Below, piece after piece: positions 26,099-35,752 of a DNA stretch of 64,000 bases. Position 1 is the stretch's first letter. Every line of letters begins with the position of its first letter. Position numbers and translations under genes: made by a program. The notes beneath the pieces are model-generated. The model was not told where the DNA came from, searched no databases, and was given only the letters and a program-made list of their open reading frames with translations. The DNA comes from Bacilli bacterium (GTDB taxonomy: Bacteria; Bacillota_I; Bacilli_A; RF39; UBA660): contig JAFUTV010000025.1 of assembly GCA_017484125.1 (NCBI GenBank), positions 1,235 through 65,234 on the forward strand, given 5' to 3'.

Positions 26099-27847
26099 AT
26101 GTTAAAACTATTTAATAATTTTACAAAAAAAGATATATTATTTATTTTAATAAGTTTTATCTTAATAGTATTTCAAGTATATTTAGAATTAAAAATGCCT
26201 GATTATATGTCTGAAATAACAAGATTAGTTCAAACTGAAGGAAGTGAATTATCTTCTATTATAAAAAATGGTGTATATATGCTTTTGTGTGCTTTAGGTA
26301 GTTTAGTATCGGCAATTTTTACAGGTTATTTTGTTGCTAATGCTGCTGCATCATTTTCATATCGGGTTAGAAAAAAATTATTTAATAAGGTTGAAAACTT
26401 AGGAATAGAAGAAATAAAACGTTTTCAAACGAGTAGTTTAATAACAAGAACTACTAATGATATTACGCAAATTCAAATGTTAATTGCAATGGGTTTACAG
26501 TTAATGATTAAATCACCAATTACTGCAATATGGGCAATTACTAAAATATTAAATAAAAGTTGGCAATGGTCAGTAATTACGGCACTTGCTGTTGTTATAT
26601 TGCTTTCAACTGTTATTATATTAATGATAATTGTTGTTCCTAGATTTAAAATAGTACAAAAATTAACTGATAAGTTAAATATGGTTACAAGAGAAAGCTT
26701 AACAGGTATTAGAGTAATTAGAGCATTTAATGCAGAAAAATATCAAGAAAAGAAATTTGAAAAAGCTAATTTTGATTTAACTAATACTCAAATGTTTAAT
26801 CAAAAAGCATTTTCTGTAATGCAACCAATTATGTATTTAGTATTATACTTTTTAACTCTTTCAATATACTTTATTGGTGCTAGATTAATTAATGATGCAA
26901 TGATGGTTGATAAAATATCAATTTTTGGTGATATGGTTGTATTTTCATCTTATGCTATGCAAGTAATTATGTCATTTTTAATGCTAGCTATAATATTTTT
27001 GATGATTCCACGTGCACAAGTATCTGCAACAAGAATTAATGAAGTTTTAAAAACAAAAGAAAGTATAATTGATGGTGTTGGTGTAAAGCCTAATGAAATT
27101 GGAACTATTGAATTTAGAAATGTTTCATTTAAATATCCTGATGCAAAGGAATATTTACTTAAAGATATTTCATTTAAAGTAAATAAAGGTGAAACTGTCG
27201 CCTTTATTGGTTCTACTGGCTCTGGTAAATCTACTTTAATTAATTTAATACCTAGATTTTATGATGCAACAGATGGTGTTGTTTTAGTTGATAATGTAAA
27301 TGTAAAAGACTATAAACAAGAAAAACTACATAATATTATTGGCTATGTTTCTCAACGTCCAATAATGTTTAATGGAACAATTAAATCTAATGTTAGATAT
27401 GGGGATAATGGTAAATCTGAAATTAGTAATGAAAAGATGATTGAGTCAATTAAAGTTGCTCAAGCAAGTGATTTTGTAGAAAACCTAGATAAAAAATATG
27501 ATGCTTATATTGCACAAGGTGGAACAAATATATCTGGTGGACAAAAACAAAGACTTTCTATTGCCCGTGCTATAGCAAGAAATCCTGAAATATATATATT
27601 TGATGATTCTTTTTCGGCACTTGATTATAAAACAGATTTGAATTTACGAAAAGAATTAAAAAACTATACAAAAGATGCTACTGTATTAATTGTTGCACAA
27701 AGAATAGGAACAATATTAAATGCAGATAAAATAGTAGTTTTAGATAATGGAAGATGTGTTGGAATAGGTACGCATAAACAACTATTAAAAACATGTGATG
27801 TATATAAACAAATTGCATCTTCTCAATTATCAAAGGAGGAATTGTAA
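26099..27847 (+). CDS. ABC exporter, fused permease/ATPase (first half of a probable heterodimer)
   Basis: It has six TM helices. Walker A GSTGSGKST, signature ISGGQKQRLSIARA and Walker B IYIFDDSFSALD are present. Confidence 0.9.
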   Translation: MLKLFNNFTKKDILFILISFILIVFQVYLELKMPDYMSEITRLVQTEGSELSSIIKNGVYMLLCALGSLVSAIFTGYFVANAAASFSYRVRKKLFNKVENLGIEEIKRFQTSSLITRTTNDITQIQMLIAMGLQLMIKSPITAIWAITKILNKSWQWSVITALAVVILLSTVIILMIIVVPRFKIVQKLTDKLNMVTRESLTGIRVIRAFNAEKYQEKKFEKANFDLTNTQMFNQKAFSVMQPIMYLVLYFLTLSIYFIGARLINDAMMVDKISIFGDMVVFSSYAMQVIMSFLMLAIIFLMIPRAQVSATRINEVLKTKESIIDGVGVKPNEIGTIEFRNVSFKYPDAKEYLLKDISFKVNKGETVAFIGSTGSGKSTLINLIPRFYDATDGVVLVDNVNVKDYKQEKLHNIIGYVSQRPIMFNGTIKSNVRYGDNGKSEISNEKMIESIKVAQASDFVENLDKKYDAYIAQGGTNISGGQKQRLSIARAIARNPEIYIFDDSFSALDYKTDLNLRKELKNYTKDATVLIVAQRIGTILNADKIVVLDNGRCVGIGTHKQLLKTCDVYKQIASSQLSKEEL

Positions 27848-27848
27848 T

Positions 27849-29981
27849 ATGCATGGTCCAAGAAGAAATATTGAACAATCAAAAGATTTTTTTGGTTCAA
27901 TGAAAAGATTATTTAAAGAATTAAATATTTTTAAAATAGCAATTATAATTGCATTACTCTTAGCTATGATATCAGCAGTTCTTTCAATTGTTTCTCCAAA
28001 TCAATTATCAAAGTTAACAGATGAAATTCAAAATGGATTAGTAGTAAAAAAAGATAATATAGAGTTAATAACAAATACTATTACTAATAATTTATCTAAT
28101 ATTGATATGAATAAAGTAATGACATCAAATGTTAGTGAATATGAAAAAACATCATTAATTAATTCATTATCTAGTTTAAAAGATAATAATATAGTTAATT
28201 TTGTTAATACTTTAGAAAATACAAGTAATGAGTTAATAAATATTATATTGCCTGAATTTAAGGTTGATAATACTTTAATTACTTCAAATAATCAATTAGA
28301 ATATTTAAAAGTAATGTCATCAATTAATGAAGATATTAATGTTTTTAAATTATATAAAAAAATAGATGAATTACCAACTAATATTCAAAGTGTTATAAAA
28401 CCATATATGAATATGGATGCAATATTAAAAATAACTATATTTTTAATAATACTTTATATAATTAGTGCTTTATTTTCATTCTTAGAATCTATTATTATGA
28501 CTATTGTATCTAATAAATTTGCATATAAATTAAGAGATAAAATATCTAATAAAATAAATAAATTACCTCTTAAATATTTTGATAAGAATCAAATAGGGGA
28601 TACATTATCAAGAGTAACTAATGATGTTGATACTATTGCTCAAAGTATGAATCAGTCACTTGCTACATTAGTTAGTTCAATAACATTATTTGTTGGTACT
28701 TTAATAATGATGTTTATTACTAATTATATAATGGCTTTAACGGCAGTATTATCTAGTATTATTGGTTTTATACTTATGGGACTAGTATTATCTAAATCTC
28801 AAAAGTATTTTAAAGCAAGACAAAAAGAATTAGGTAAACTTAATTCTCATATTGAAGAAGTATACTCAGGACTTTTAGTAGTTAAAGCTTATAATGGAAA
28901 AAAAGAATCAGATAAAAAATTTGATGAATTAAATAAAAAAGTATATGATGCAAATAGAAAGAGTCAATTTTTAGGTGGATTAATGCCTTCGACAATGATG
29001 TTTATTGGTAACTTTGGTTATGTTGCTGTTTGTGTAGTTGGTGCAATATTAACTCAAAATAATATTATTACTTTTGGTGTTATTGTTGCTTTTATGACAT
29101 ATGTTAGATTATTTACAAATCCATTTTCTCAAATAGCACAAGCATTTACTGCACTTCAATCTACTGCTGCAGCCTCAGAACGTGTATTTGAATTCCTAGA
29201 TGAAGAAGAAATGATTAAAGAAAAAGCTTTAATAACTTTAGACAAAAATAAAGTTAAAGGAAATATCGAATTTGATCATATTAAATTTGCTTATGATGAA
29301 GATAAAATAATTATTAAAGATTTTACTGCTAAAGTTAGTCATGGACAAAAAGTTGCAATAGTTGGTCCAACAGGTGCAGGTAAAACCACAATGGTAAATT
29401 TATTAATGAAATTTTATGATATAAAAAATGGTGATATAAAAATAGATGGGGTGTCTATTAAAGATTTATCAAGAGAAAATATTCATGAATTATTTACTAT
29501 GGTTTTACAAGATACTTGGCTATTTAATGGTAGTGTAAAAGATAATATTATTTTTAATAGAAAGAATATTTCAATGGATCAAGTTGAAAAAGTATGTGAT
29601 ACAGTAGGACTAACTCACTTTATTAAAACATTACCTAATACTTTTGATTCTAATTTAGAAGAAGGAGATTTAGTTTCATCAGGCCAAAAACAATTATTAA
29701 CAATAGCAAGAGGAATGATAGAGAATGCACCATTTCTAATCTTAGATGAAGCAACATCCAATGTTGATACAAGAACCGAAAGCTTGGTGCAAAAAGCAAT
29801 GGATAAACTAACACAAAATAAAACGTCATTTATTATTGCCCATCGTCTTTCAACAATTAAGAATGCTGACCTTATTCTAGTTATGAAAGATGGTAATATA
29901 ATTGAACAAGGAAATCATGAAAGTTTATTAAAACAAAATGGTTTTTATGCTGAACTTTATAATTCGCAGTTTCAAAATTAA
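27849..29981 (+). CDS. ABC exporter, fused permease/ATPase (second half), with an enlarged first extracytoplasmic loop
   Basis: ATG 27849 lies 1 nt after the upstream stop (MHGPRRNIEQSKDF..., a typical N-terminus for this family). Walker A GPTGAGKTT, a signature-like SSGQKQLLTIARG and Walker B ILDEATSNVD are present. About 150 aa lie between TM1 and TM2. Confidence 0.88.
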   Translation: MHGPRRNIEQSKDFFGSMKRLFKELNIFKIAIIIALLLAMISAVLSIVSPNQLSKLTDEIQNGLVVKKDNIELITNTITNNLSNIDMNKVMTSNVSEYEKTSLINSLSSLKDNNIVNFVNTLENTSNELINIILPEFKVDNTLITSNNQLEYLKVMSSINEDINVFKLYKKIDELPTNIQSVIKPYMNMDAILKITIFLIILYIISALFSFLESIIMTIVSNKFAYKLRDKISNKINKLPLKYFDKNQIGDTLSRVTNDVDTIAQSMNQSLATLVSSITLFVGTLIMMFITNYIMALTAVLSSIIGFILMGLVLSKSQKYFKARQKELGKLNSHIEEVYSGLLVVKAYNGKKESDKKFDELNKKVYDANRKSQFLGGLMPSTMMFIGNFGYVAVCVVGAILTQNNIITFGVIVAFMTYVRLFTNPFSQIAQAFTALQSTAAASERVFEFLDEEEMIKEKALITLDKNKVKGNIEFDHIKFAYDEDKIIIKDFTAKVSHGQKVAIVGPTGAGKTTMVNLLMKFYDIKNGDIKIDGVSIKDLSRENIHELFTMVLQDTWLFNGSVKDNIIFNRKNISMDQVEKVCDTVGLTHFIKTLPNTFDSNLEEGDLVSSGQKQLLTIARGMIENAPFLILDEATSNVDTRTESLVQKAMDKLTQNKTSFIIAHRLSTIKNADLILVMKDGNIIEQGNHESLLKQNGFYAELYNSQFQN

Positions 29982-30006
29982 GAATAGTCTCTATTCTTTT
30001 TTTTGT
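29980..30006 (+). terminator. Intrinsic terminator
   Basis: AAGAATAG/CTATTCTT stem with a 3-nt loop and T8. Confidence 0.7.
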
Positions 30007-30090
30007 TAAATATATGTAAATGCAATTTACATATAATTGTAAATATAATATAAATGTGATAATATTAACATAGGAAAGTGGAAGATAGAT

Positions 30091-32184
30091 ATGAGATTAA
30101 GAAGGTTTAATAAAGATAAAGCTTTAGTAAAACTTAGATTAAAACGTAATAAATCTAAGTATATTAAACGTGCAACAGTAGTTATGTCTTTTATATTTAC
30201 AATAATAGGATTAATGTATTTATCTTTTGCAAAATATACAAGTAGTGCAGAATTTGTACTAGTAGATGGTGTAGTAGGAGAATTTGGAGAAAAAGCAGGT
30301 ACGTTAATAAATGGCGATAGTTTTAATGTAGCATTAAAAAGATTATCTGGAACAAGTAATCCTAGCTATTATAATACATATAATACAAACATAACATCAA
30401 TTGAGTGGAGTGAAACTGCACCAGCAGAAGAAATAACAACTGAAGTTGTTTCAACAAGTGACTCTAAAAAACCAATATACGCTTGGTTTGATAATGGAAC
30501 AATAAAATTATATACATTAAATGAAAAAATATATATGAATGAAGATTCTAGTTACATGTTTAATGGAATGAAAGGTTTAACAAGTATAGATTTAAGTCCA
30601 CTTGATACATCAAAGGTAACAAACATGAGTAATATGTTTGCTGAAATGACTAATTTAAAAAGTATAGATTTAAGTTCATTTAATACTGCAAACGTAACAA
30701 ATATGAGTTGGATGTTTGGCGGAATGGAAAAATTAACAAGTTTAGATTTAAGTTCATTTGATACTTCAAATGTAACAAACATGAGTAATATGTTTGGTGT
30801 TAATAGATATGGAAGTGCCGGATTAGATAAATTAATAAGCTTAAATTTAGGAAATAATTTTAATACCTCAGGTGTAACAAATATGAGTTGGATGTTTAAA
30901 AGTATGAAGAACTTAACAAGTATAGATTTAAGTAACTTTGATACAACAAACGTAACAAATATGAGTGCTATGTTTAATGAAATGAGTAGTTTAACAAGTA
31001 TAGATTTAAGTAACTTTAATACATCAAATGTAACGGATATGAGTTCTATGTTTTCAGGAATGAGTAAATTAACAAGCCTAGATTTAAGTGATTTTAATAC
31101 CTCAAGCGTTACTTCTATGTCTCAAATGTTTAATGGAATGAAAGGTTTAACAAGTCTAGATTTAAGTCCCCTAGATACTTCAAATGTAACAAATATGAGT
31201 TCTATGTTTGCTGGACTTGAAAAAATAACAAGTTTAAATGTAAGTTCATTTGATACCTCAAAAGTTACTAATATGACAGGAATGTTTTATGGAATGAGTG
31301 ACTTAACAAGTCTAGATTTAAGTAATTTTAATACCTCAAGTGTTACTTCTATGTCTCAAATGTTTAGAGGAATGAGTAAATTAACAAGTATAGATTTAAG
31401 TACATTTGATACTTCAAATGTCACTAATATGAATGCAATGTTTGAATTTATGTCATCTCTAACATCAATTAATTTTGGAAACAATTTTGATACCTCAAAA
31501 GTTACTAACATGGCAGGAATGTTTACTGGTGTAAGTAATTTAGTAAATTTAGATTTAGGAAATAAATTTAATACATCCAATGTAACAGATATGTCAGGTA
31601 TGTTTAGAGATATGAAGAAATTAGAATCACTTGATGTAAGTGATTTTGATACATCTAGTGCTACAAACATGCAAGTTATGTTTGCTGGACTTGAAAAAAT
31701 AACAAGTTTAAATGTAAGTTCATTTGATACCTCAAATGTTACTAATATGACAGGAATGTTTAATGGAATGAGTGGCTTAACAAGTCTTGATTTAAGTAAC
31801 TTTAACACATCAAATGTAACAAAAATGGGTTCATCAAAAATTTATTATACTGGAGTTAATTATTCAGCAGATTGGGGCATGTTTGCGGGAATGAGTAGTT
31901 TAACAAGTCTAGATTTAAGTTCATTTGATACTTCAAAAGTAGCAGATATGAGTTATATGTTTAAAAATTGTACTAATTTTACCACAATATATGTAAATCC
32001 TACCAAATGGAATACTGATGCTGTAACATCAAGTTCCCTTATGTTTTATTTAGATTCTAATCTTGTCGGAGGAGCTGGAACAACATTTGATTCAAATCAT
32101 ATTGACAAAGAATATGCAAGAATTGATGGAGGAACATCTAGTCCTGGATATTTAACTGATATAGCTGATAAACCAACACCATAG
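30091..32184 (+). CDS. BspA-like leucine-rich-repeat surface protein (DUF285-type repeats), N-terminal signal anchor
   Basis: An N-terminal TM helix (VVMSFIFTIIGLMYLSFA) is followed by ~20 tandem ~26-aa repeats LTSLDLSxFDTSNVTNMSxMFxGM. The conserved C-terminal module is shared with the 1..799 paralog. Confidence 0.85.
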   Translation: MRLRRFNKDKALVKLRLKRNKSKYIKRATVVMSFIFTIIGLMYLSFAKYTSSAEFVLVDGVVGEFGEKAGTLINGDSFNVALKRLSGTSNPSYYNTYNTNITSIEWSETAPAEEITTEVVSTSDSKKPIYAWFDNGTIKLYTLNEKIYMNEDSSYMFNGMKGLTSIDLSPLDTSKVTNMSNMFAEMTNLKSIDLSSFNTANVTNMSWMFGGMEKLTSLDLSSFDTSNVTNMSNMFGVNRYGSAGLDKLISLNLGNNFNTSGVTNMSWMFKSMKNLTSIDLSNFDTTNVTNMSAMFNEMSSLTSIDLSNFNTSNVTDMSSMFSGMSKLTSLDLSDFNTSSVTSMSQMFNGMKGLTSLDLSPLDTSNVTNMSSMFAGLEKITSLNVSSFDTSKVTNMTGMFYGMSDLTSLDLSNFNTSSVTSMSQMFRGMSKLTSIDLSTFDTSNVTNMNAMFEFMSSLTSINFGNNFDTSKVTNMAGMFTGVSNLVNLDLGNKFNTSNVTDMSGMFRDMKKLESLDVSDFDTSSATNMQVMFAGLEKITSLNVSSFDTSNVTNMTGMFNGMSGLTSLDLSNFNTSNVTKMGSSKIYYTGVNYSADWGMFAGMSSLTSLDLSSFDTSKVADMSYMFKNCTNFTTIYVNPTKWNTDAVTSSSLMFYLDSNLVGGAGTTFDSNHIDKEYARIDGGTSSPGYLTDIADKPTP
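30540..31900 (+). repeat. Tandem ~78-nt coding repeats (LRR units), including a ~120-nt near-identical duplication
   Basis: 31204-31323 versus 31678-31797 differ at only ~4 positions, and the first 59 nt are identical. The offset is 474 nt. Confidence 0.85.
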
Positions 32185-32209
32185 ATTGAGTTTTAACTCA
32201 ATCTTTTTT
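32183..32209 (+). terminator. Intrinsic terminator
   Basis: AGATTGAG(TT)/(AA)CTCAATCT stem followed by T6. Confidence 0.7.
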
Positions 32210-32293
32210 ATGTATATATTTTGTAAAATAAAAAGATACTTTTTATTTTTTAAAATATTTATGTTATAATGTTTCATGTAGTAGGTGATAATA

Positions 32294-32929
32294 ATGGCAT
32301 CAGCAATAATACACTTATGCGTTGCTAAGAAAGTTAATTCTTACTTGCAAATGGATGAAAGACATTTTTCTTTAGGTGCTATTGCTCCAGATATGGCAAA
32401 AATTGTAGGAATGTCAAAAAATAAATCACACTTTTTAAATGATGAAGAAAATGAAGATACACCACCTCACTATGAAAGATTTATAAGTAAATATAAAGAT
32501 GATCTAAATAAACCATTTGAAATGGGATATTTAGTTCACTTAATGACAGATTATTATTGGTTTAAAGATTATGTATATCAATATATTAATAAATATACTA
32601 ATAATAAAAATACTACTTATACAGCACTAAAAGAAATAATATATAATGATTATACATCACTTAATCAAGATTTAATTGATGATTATATGTTAGATTTATA
32701 TTATTTTCAAAATGAAATAGAATTACCTAAAAGTAAGATAGATGAAATTCCAATGGATAAAATGCAATTACTTATAGATAAGATGGGAATATTAATTAAA
32801 AATATGGGGAAAAATAAACCTGTAATGATGAATGAAAAAGAAATAATATTATTTATAGAAAGTTGTTCAAATAGTATTATTAGAGATTTAAAGAAAATGA
32901 ATTTGATAGGTGATAATTATGAAAAATAA
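32294..32929 (+). CDS. Putative metal-dependent hydrolase (zinc phospholipase C-like fold), tentative
   Basis: The N-terminal pattern IIHL.VA...........LGAIAPD......SHF and a later HLMTDYYW resemble His/Asp metal-ligand patterns of this family. This is a weak call. Confidence 0.35.
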   Translation: MASAIIHLCVAKKVNSYLQMDERHFSLGAIAPDMAKIVGMSKNKSHFLNDEENEDTPPHYERFISKYKDDLNKPFEMGYLVHLMTDYYWFKDYVYQYINKYTNNKNTTYTALKEIIYNDYTSLNQDLIDDYMLDLYYFQNEIELPKSKIDEIPMDKMQLLIDKMGILIKNMGKNKPVMMNEKEIILFIESCSNSIIRDLKKMNLIGDNYEK

Positions 32930-34373
32930 TAAGAAAAATATTAATTTAAAAAAATATTTATTTAAGGGAATAGCTATATTATGTGATATATTAGCTTTAG
33001 TACTTTTAATAGTTACTTTTATGTTGGGAGTAGTTCCTATTAAGTTTTCTATAATAATAGCTATAGTATTAGTATTATTAAGTGCTTTAGTTACTTATCT
33101 TTTATTTAAAAAGGGTAAAAAGAAAACTAAAATTATAGGAACTGTAATATCTATATTATTAATTATTGTATATAGTTTTGCTTTAGTATATGAATCTAAG
33201 ACAATTGGCTTTTTTGATTTGATAACAGGAAAGAAAAATGCTGTAGAAAACTATTTAGTAATAGTTAAAAATAATTCAAATTATAATGATATTAAAGATA
33301 TAAAAGATACAAAAATGGGTATAATAAATAGTAGCGAAGGAAGTTATAAACAAGCTTTAGATAAACTTAATGATGTTATTAAGTTAGAACATGTTACATA
33401 TGAAGATTATTCTTCTTTAGCTGATGCTTTATTTAGTGATGAAATTGTTTCTTTCTTAATTGAAGAATCTCAAGAAGCTATTTTAGAAGAAAACTACGAA
33501 GATTTTACTGATAATACTAAGGTAATATATTCATTTACTGTAGAATCAACTTTAGAGGATATTAGAAAAGATACTGATGTTACTAAAAATTCATTTAATA
33601 TATTTATAAGTGGAATTGATACTTATGGAAGCATTAATTCAGTTTCAAGAAGTGATGTTAATATTGTTGTTACTCTTAATCCTGACACTGGAAAAATGTC
33701 AATGGTTCATATTCCAAGAGATTATTATGTTAAATTATATAACAAAAATGGCTATAATGATAAATTAACTCATGCTGGTATTTATGGTATTGAAACATCA
33801 GTAAAAACAATAGAGAATTTACTTGATATAGATATTAACTATTATGTTAAATTTAACTTTACTTCAGTTATTAAAATAGTTGATAAATTAGGTGGAGTAA
33901 GAGTATATTCTGATCAAGCATTTAACAGTGGTAAATATGATAGAAATACTAAAGAAGTATATCATTATAATCAAGGATATAATGAATTAAATGGAAAACA
34001 AGCATTATCATTTGCTAGAGAAAGAAAGAAACTTGCTGGTGGTGATAGAGCCCGTGGTGTTCATCAAGAAGCCTTAATTGAAGCTATTTTAGATAAGATA
34101 ACTTCACCATCAATTATTGTTAATTATACTTCATTACTTGATGCCTTATCAGAAACATTTGTTACAAATATGGATAGTGAAAGTTTGAAAAAATTAATTA
34201 ATCTTCAAATAGATAAAAATATTAAATGGAAATCAACAAGTATGGTTATGAATGGACAAAGTGCATCAGAATTAACTTATTCTTATCCAAGACAAAAACT
34301 TTATGTAATGATTCCATCAAATGATTCAATAAATGAAGCAAAAAAACAAATTAGTACTATATATAATGAATAA
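32919..34373 (+). CDS. LytR-CpsA-Psr (LCP) family cell-wall glycopolymer ligase
   Basis: ATG 32919. It has N-terminal TM helices. The LCP core is present: FNIFISGIDTYG....RSDVNIVVTLNP.TGK.SMVHIPRDYYV, and LSFARERK...GGDRARG.HQ. Confidence 0.85.
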   Translation: MKNNKKNINLKKYLFKGIAILCDILALVLLIVTFMLGVVPIKFSIIIAIVLVLLSALVTYLLFKKGKKKTKIIGTVISILLIIVYSFALVYESKTIGFFDLITGKKNAVENYLVIVKNNSNYNDIKDIKDTKMGIINSSEGSYKQALDKLNDVIKLEHVTYEDYSSLADALFSDEIVSFLIEESQEAILEENYEDFTDNTKVIYSFTVESTLEDIRKDTDVTKNSFNIFISGIDTYGSINSVSRSDVNIVVTLNPDTGKMSMVHIPRDYYVKLYNKNGYNDKLTHAGIYGIETSVKTIENLLDIDINYYVKFNFTSVIKIVDKLGGVRVYSDQAFNSGKYDRNTKEVYHYNQGYNELNGKQALSFARERKKLAGGDRARGVHQEALIEAILDKITSPSIIVNYTSLLDALSETFVTNMDSESLKKLINLQIDKNIKWKSTSMVMNGQSASELTYSYPRQKLYVMIPSNDSINEAKKQISTIYNE

Positions 34374-34395
34374 GTCATTTTAATGACTTATTTTT
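34372..34395 (+). terminator. Intrinsic terminator
   Basis: AAGTCAT/ATGACTT stem followed by a T-rich tail. Confidence 0.6.
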
Positions 34396-34447
34396 GTTTG
34401 ACATTATCTTAACATTAGTATATTATTATAATAGAGGGTGCAAGAAA

Positions 34448-35737
34448 ATGAAGTACAAATATAAAGTTATATTAATAGTAGTAGCTTTACTATTTACAAT
34501 AAATGTTTTATTGCTTACACATTATGGACTTTGGTCTTTAGGCAATAAAGAAGAATATCTTGCTGTTAATACATCTGGATGTATTAATACTATTTATAGT
34601 GATGATCAAGAACTTAATTTGATAAATCCTAAAGCATTATCTGATGATGATGGAATATCTAATATACCAAATACAATAACTATTTCTAATTCATGTAATG
34701 TAAAACAAAATGTATTATTATTTTTAGATATTTATGATGATTCAACAATAAGTGATAATAAAATGAAAGTAAACATTAATGGTGATTCAAGTTTAGAAAC
34801 AACTATATTGCCTAATATTGATAGAGTAAAAGGTATAAATAATATTTTAAATACTTATAAACTAATTAATATGGAAATGTCTTCATATGAAACTAAAAGA
34901 ATAAACTTTAGGGTATGGTTAAGTGAAGATGAAGTATTATCTGTAGATAAAAATAGATTTCATGCTAGATATTATGTTCAATCAAGTAGTGATACTACTT
35001 TACAAAACTTTAAAGAGACGATAATTAATAATAATCCTTTAAAAAATAGTAATGGATTATTACAAGTTAATAATAAATATTATTTTAATGGTAGTGTTAA
35101 CAATAACTATGTTAGTTTTGCAAATTATTTGTGGCGGATAGTATCTATTAATGATGATAATAGTATTAAACTTATTTATGAAAATAGTGATTTAGAAAGT
35201 ACATTTAATAATGATATATACAAAGAAAATAGTGTTTCTTATGATGATAGTGTAATAAAAAATTATTTAAATGACTTTTATAATAATAATTTAATTAATT
35301 ATGAAAGTTATTTAAAAGAAGAAAATTATTGTATAGATAGTTCATATACGAGTACTTGGAGAATAGTATATAATTCTTATTTAAGAAACTTTGATAGTTA
35401 TACACCAAGTTTAGAATGTGAAACATCTGATAAAGAATATGGTGGATTAAAACCATATAAGATTGGATTATTAACACTTGATGAAGTGGCAATTGCTGGT
35501 GGTTCTGCAACAAATTATAATGATGAGTTTTATTTAAATAATAATAGTGATTATTATACATTAACACCAACTATATATAATGGTAAGGCATTTGTTGGAA
35601 TAGTTAGTGATAATGGAAAAATTGATAGTGCGCTTGTTAATAATAGGATAAAAGTTAGACCAGTTATTAACATAGATAGCACATTACAAGTAACTGGTGT
35701 AGGTTCTAGAACCAACCCATATATAATTAGAAATTAA
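34448..35737 (+). CDS. Exported/membrane-anchored hypothetical protein
   Basis: ATG 34448 follows AGAGGGTG, and the protein has an N-terminal signal anchor. The C-terminal part shows LWRIVSIN.DNSIKLI ... GLLTLDEV ... YYTLTP ... IKVRPVINI. I recall this pattern from secreted Firmicute proteins but cannot name the family. Confidence 0.6.
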   Translation: MKYKYKVILIVVALLFTINVLLLTHYGLWSLGNKEEYLAVNTSGCINTIYSDDQELNLINPKALSDDDGISNIPNTITISNSCNVKQNVLLFLDIYDDSTISDNKMKVNINGDSSLETTILPNIDRVKGINNILNTYKLINMEMSSYETKRINFRVWLSEDEVLSVDKNRFHARYYVQSSSDTTLQNFKETIINNNPLKNSNGLLQVNNKYYFNGSVNNNYVSFANYLWRIVSINDDNSIKLIYENSDLESTFNNDIYKENSVSYDDSVIKNYLNDFYNNNLINYESYLKEENYCIDSSYTSTWRIVYNSYLRNFDSYTPSLECETSDKEYGGLKPYKIGLLTLDEVAIAGGSATNYNDEFYLNNNSDYYTLTPTIYNGKAFVGIVSDNGKIDSALVNNRIKVRPVINIDSTLQVTGVGSRTNPYIIRN

Positions 35738-35752
35738 AAGGAGAGATAAAAA

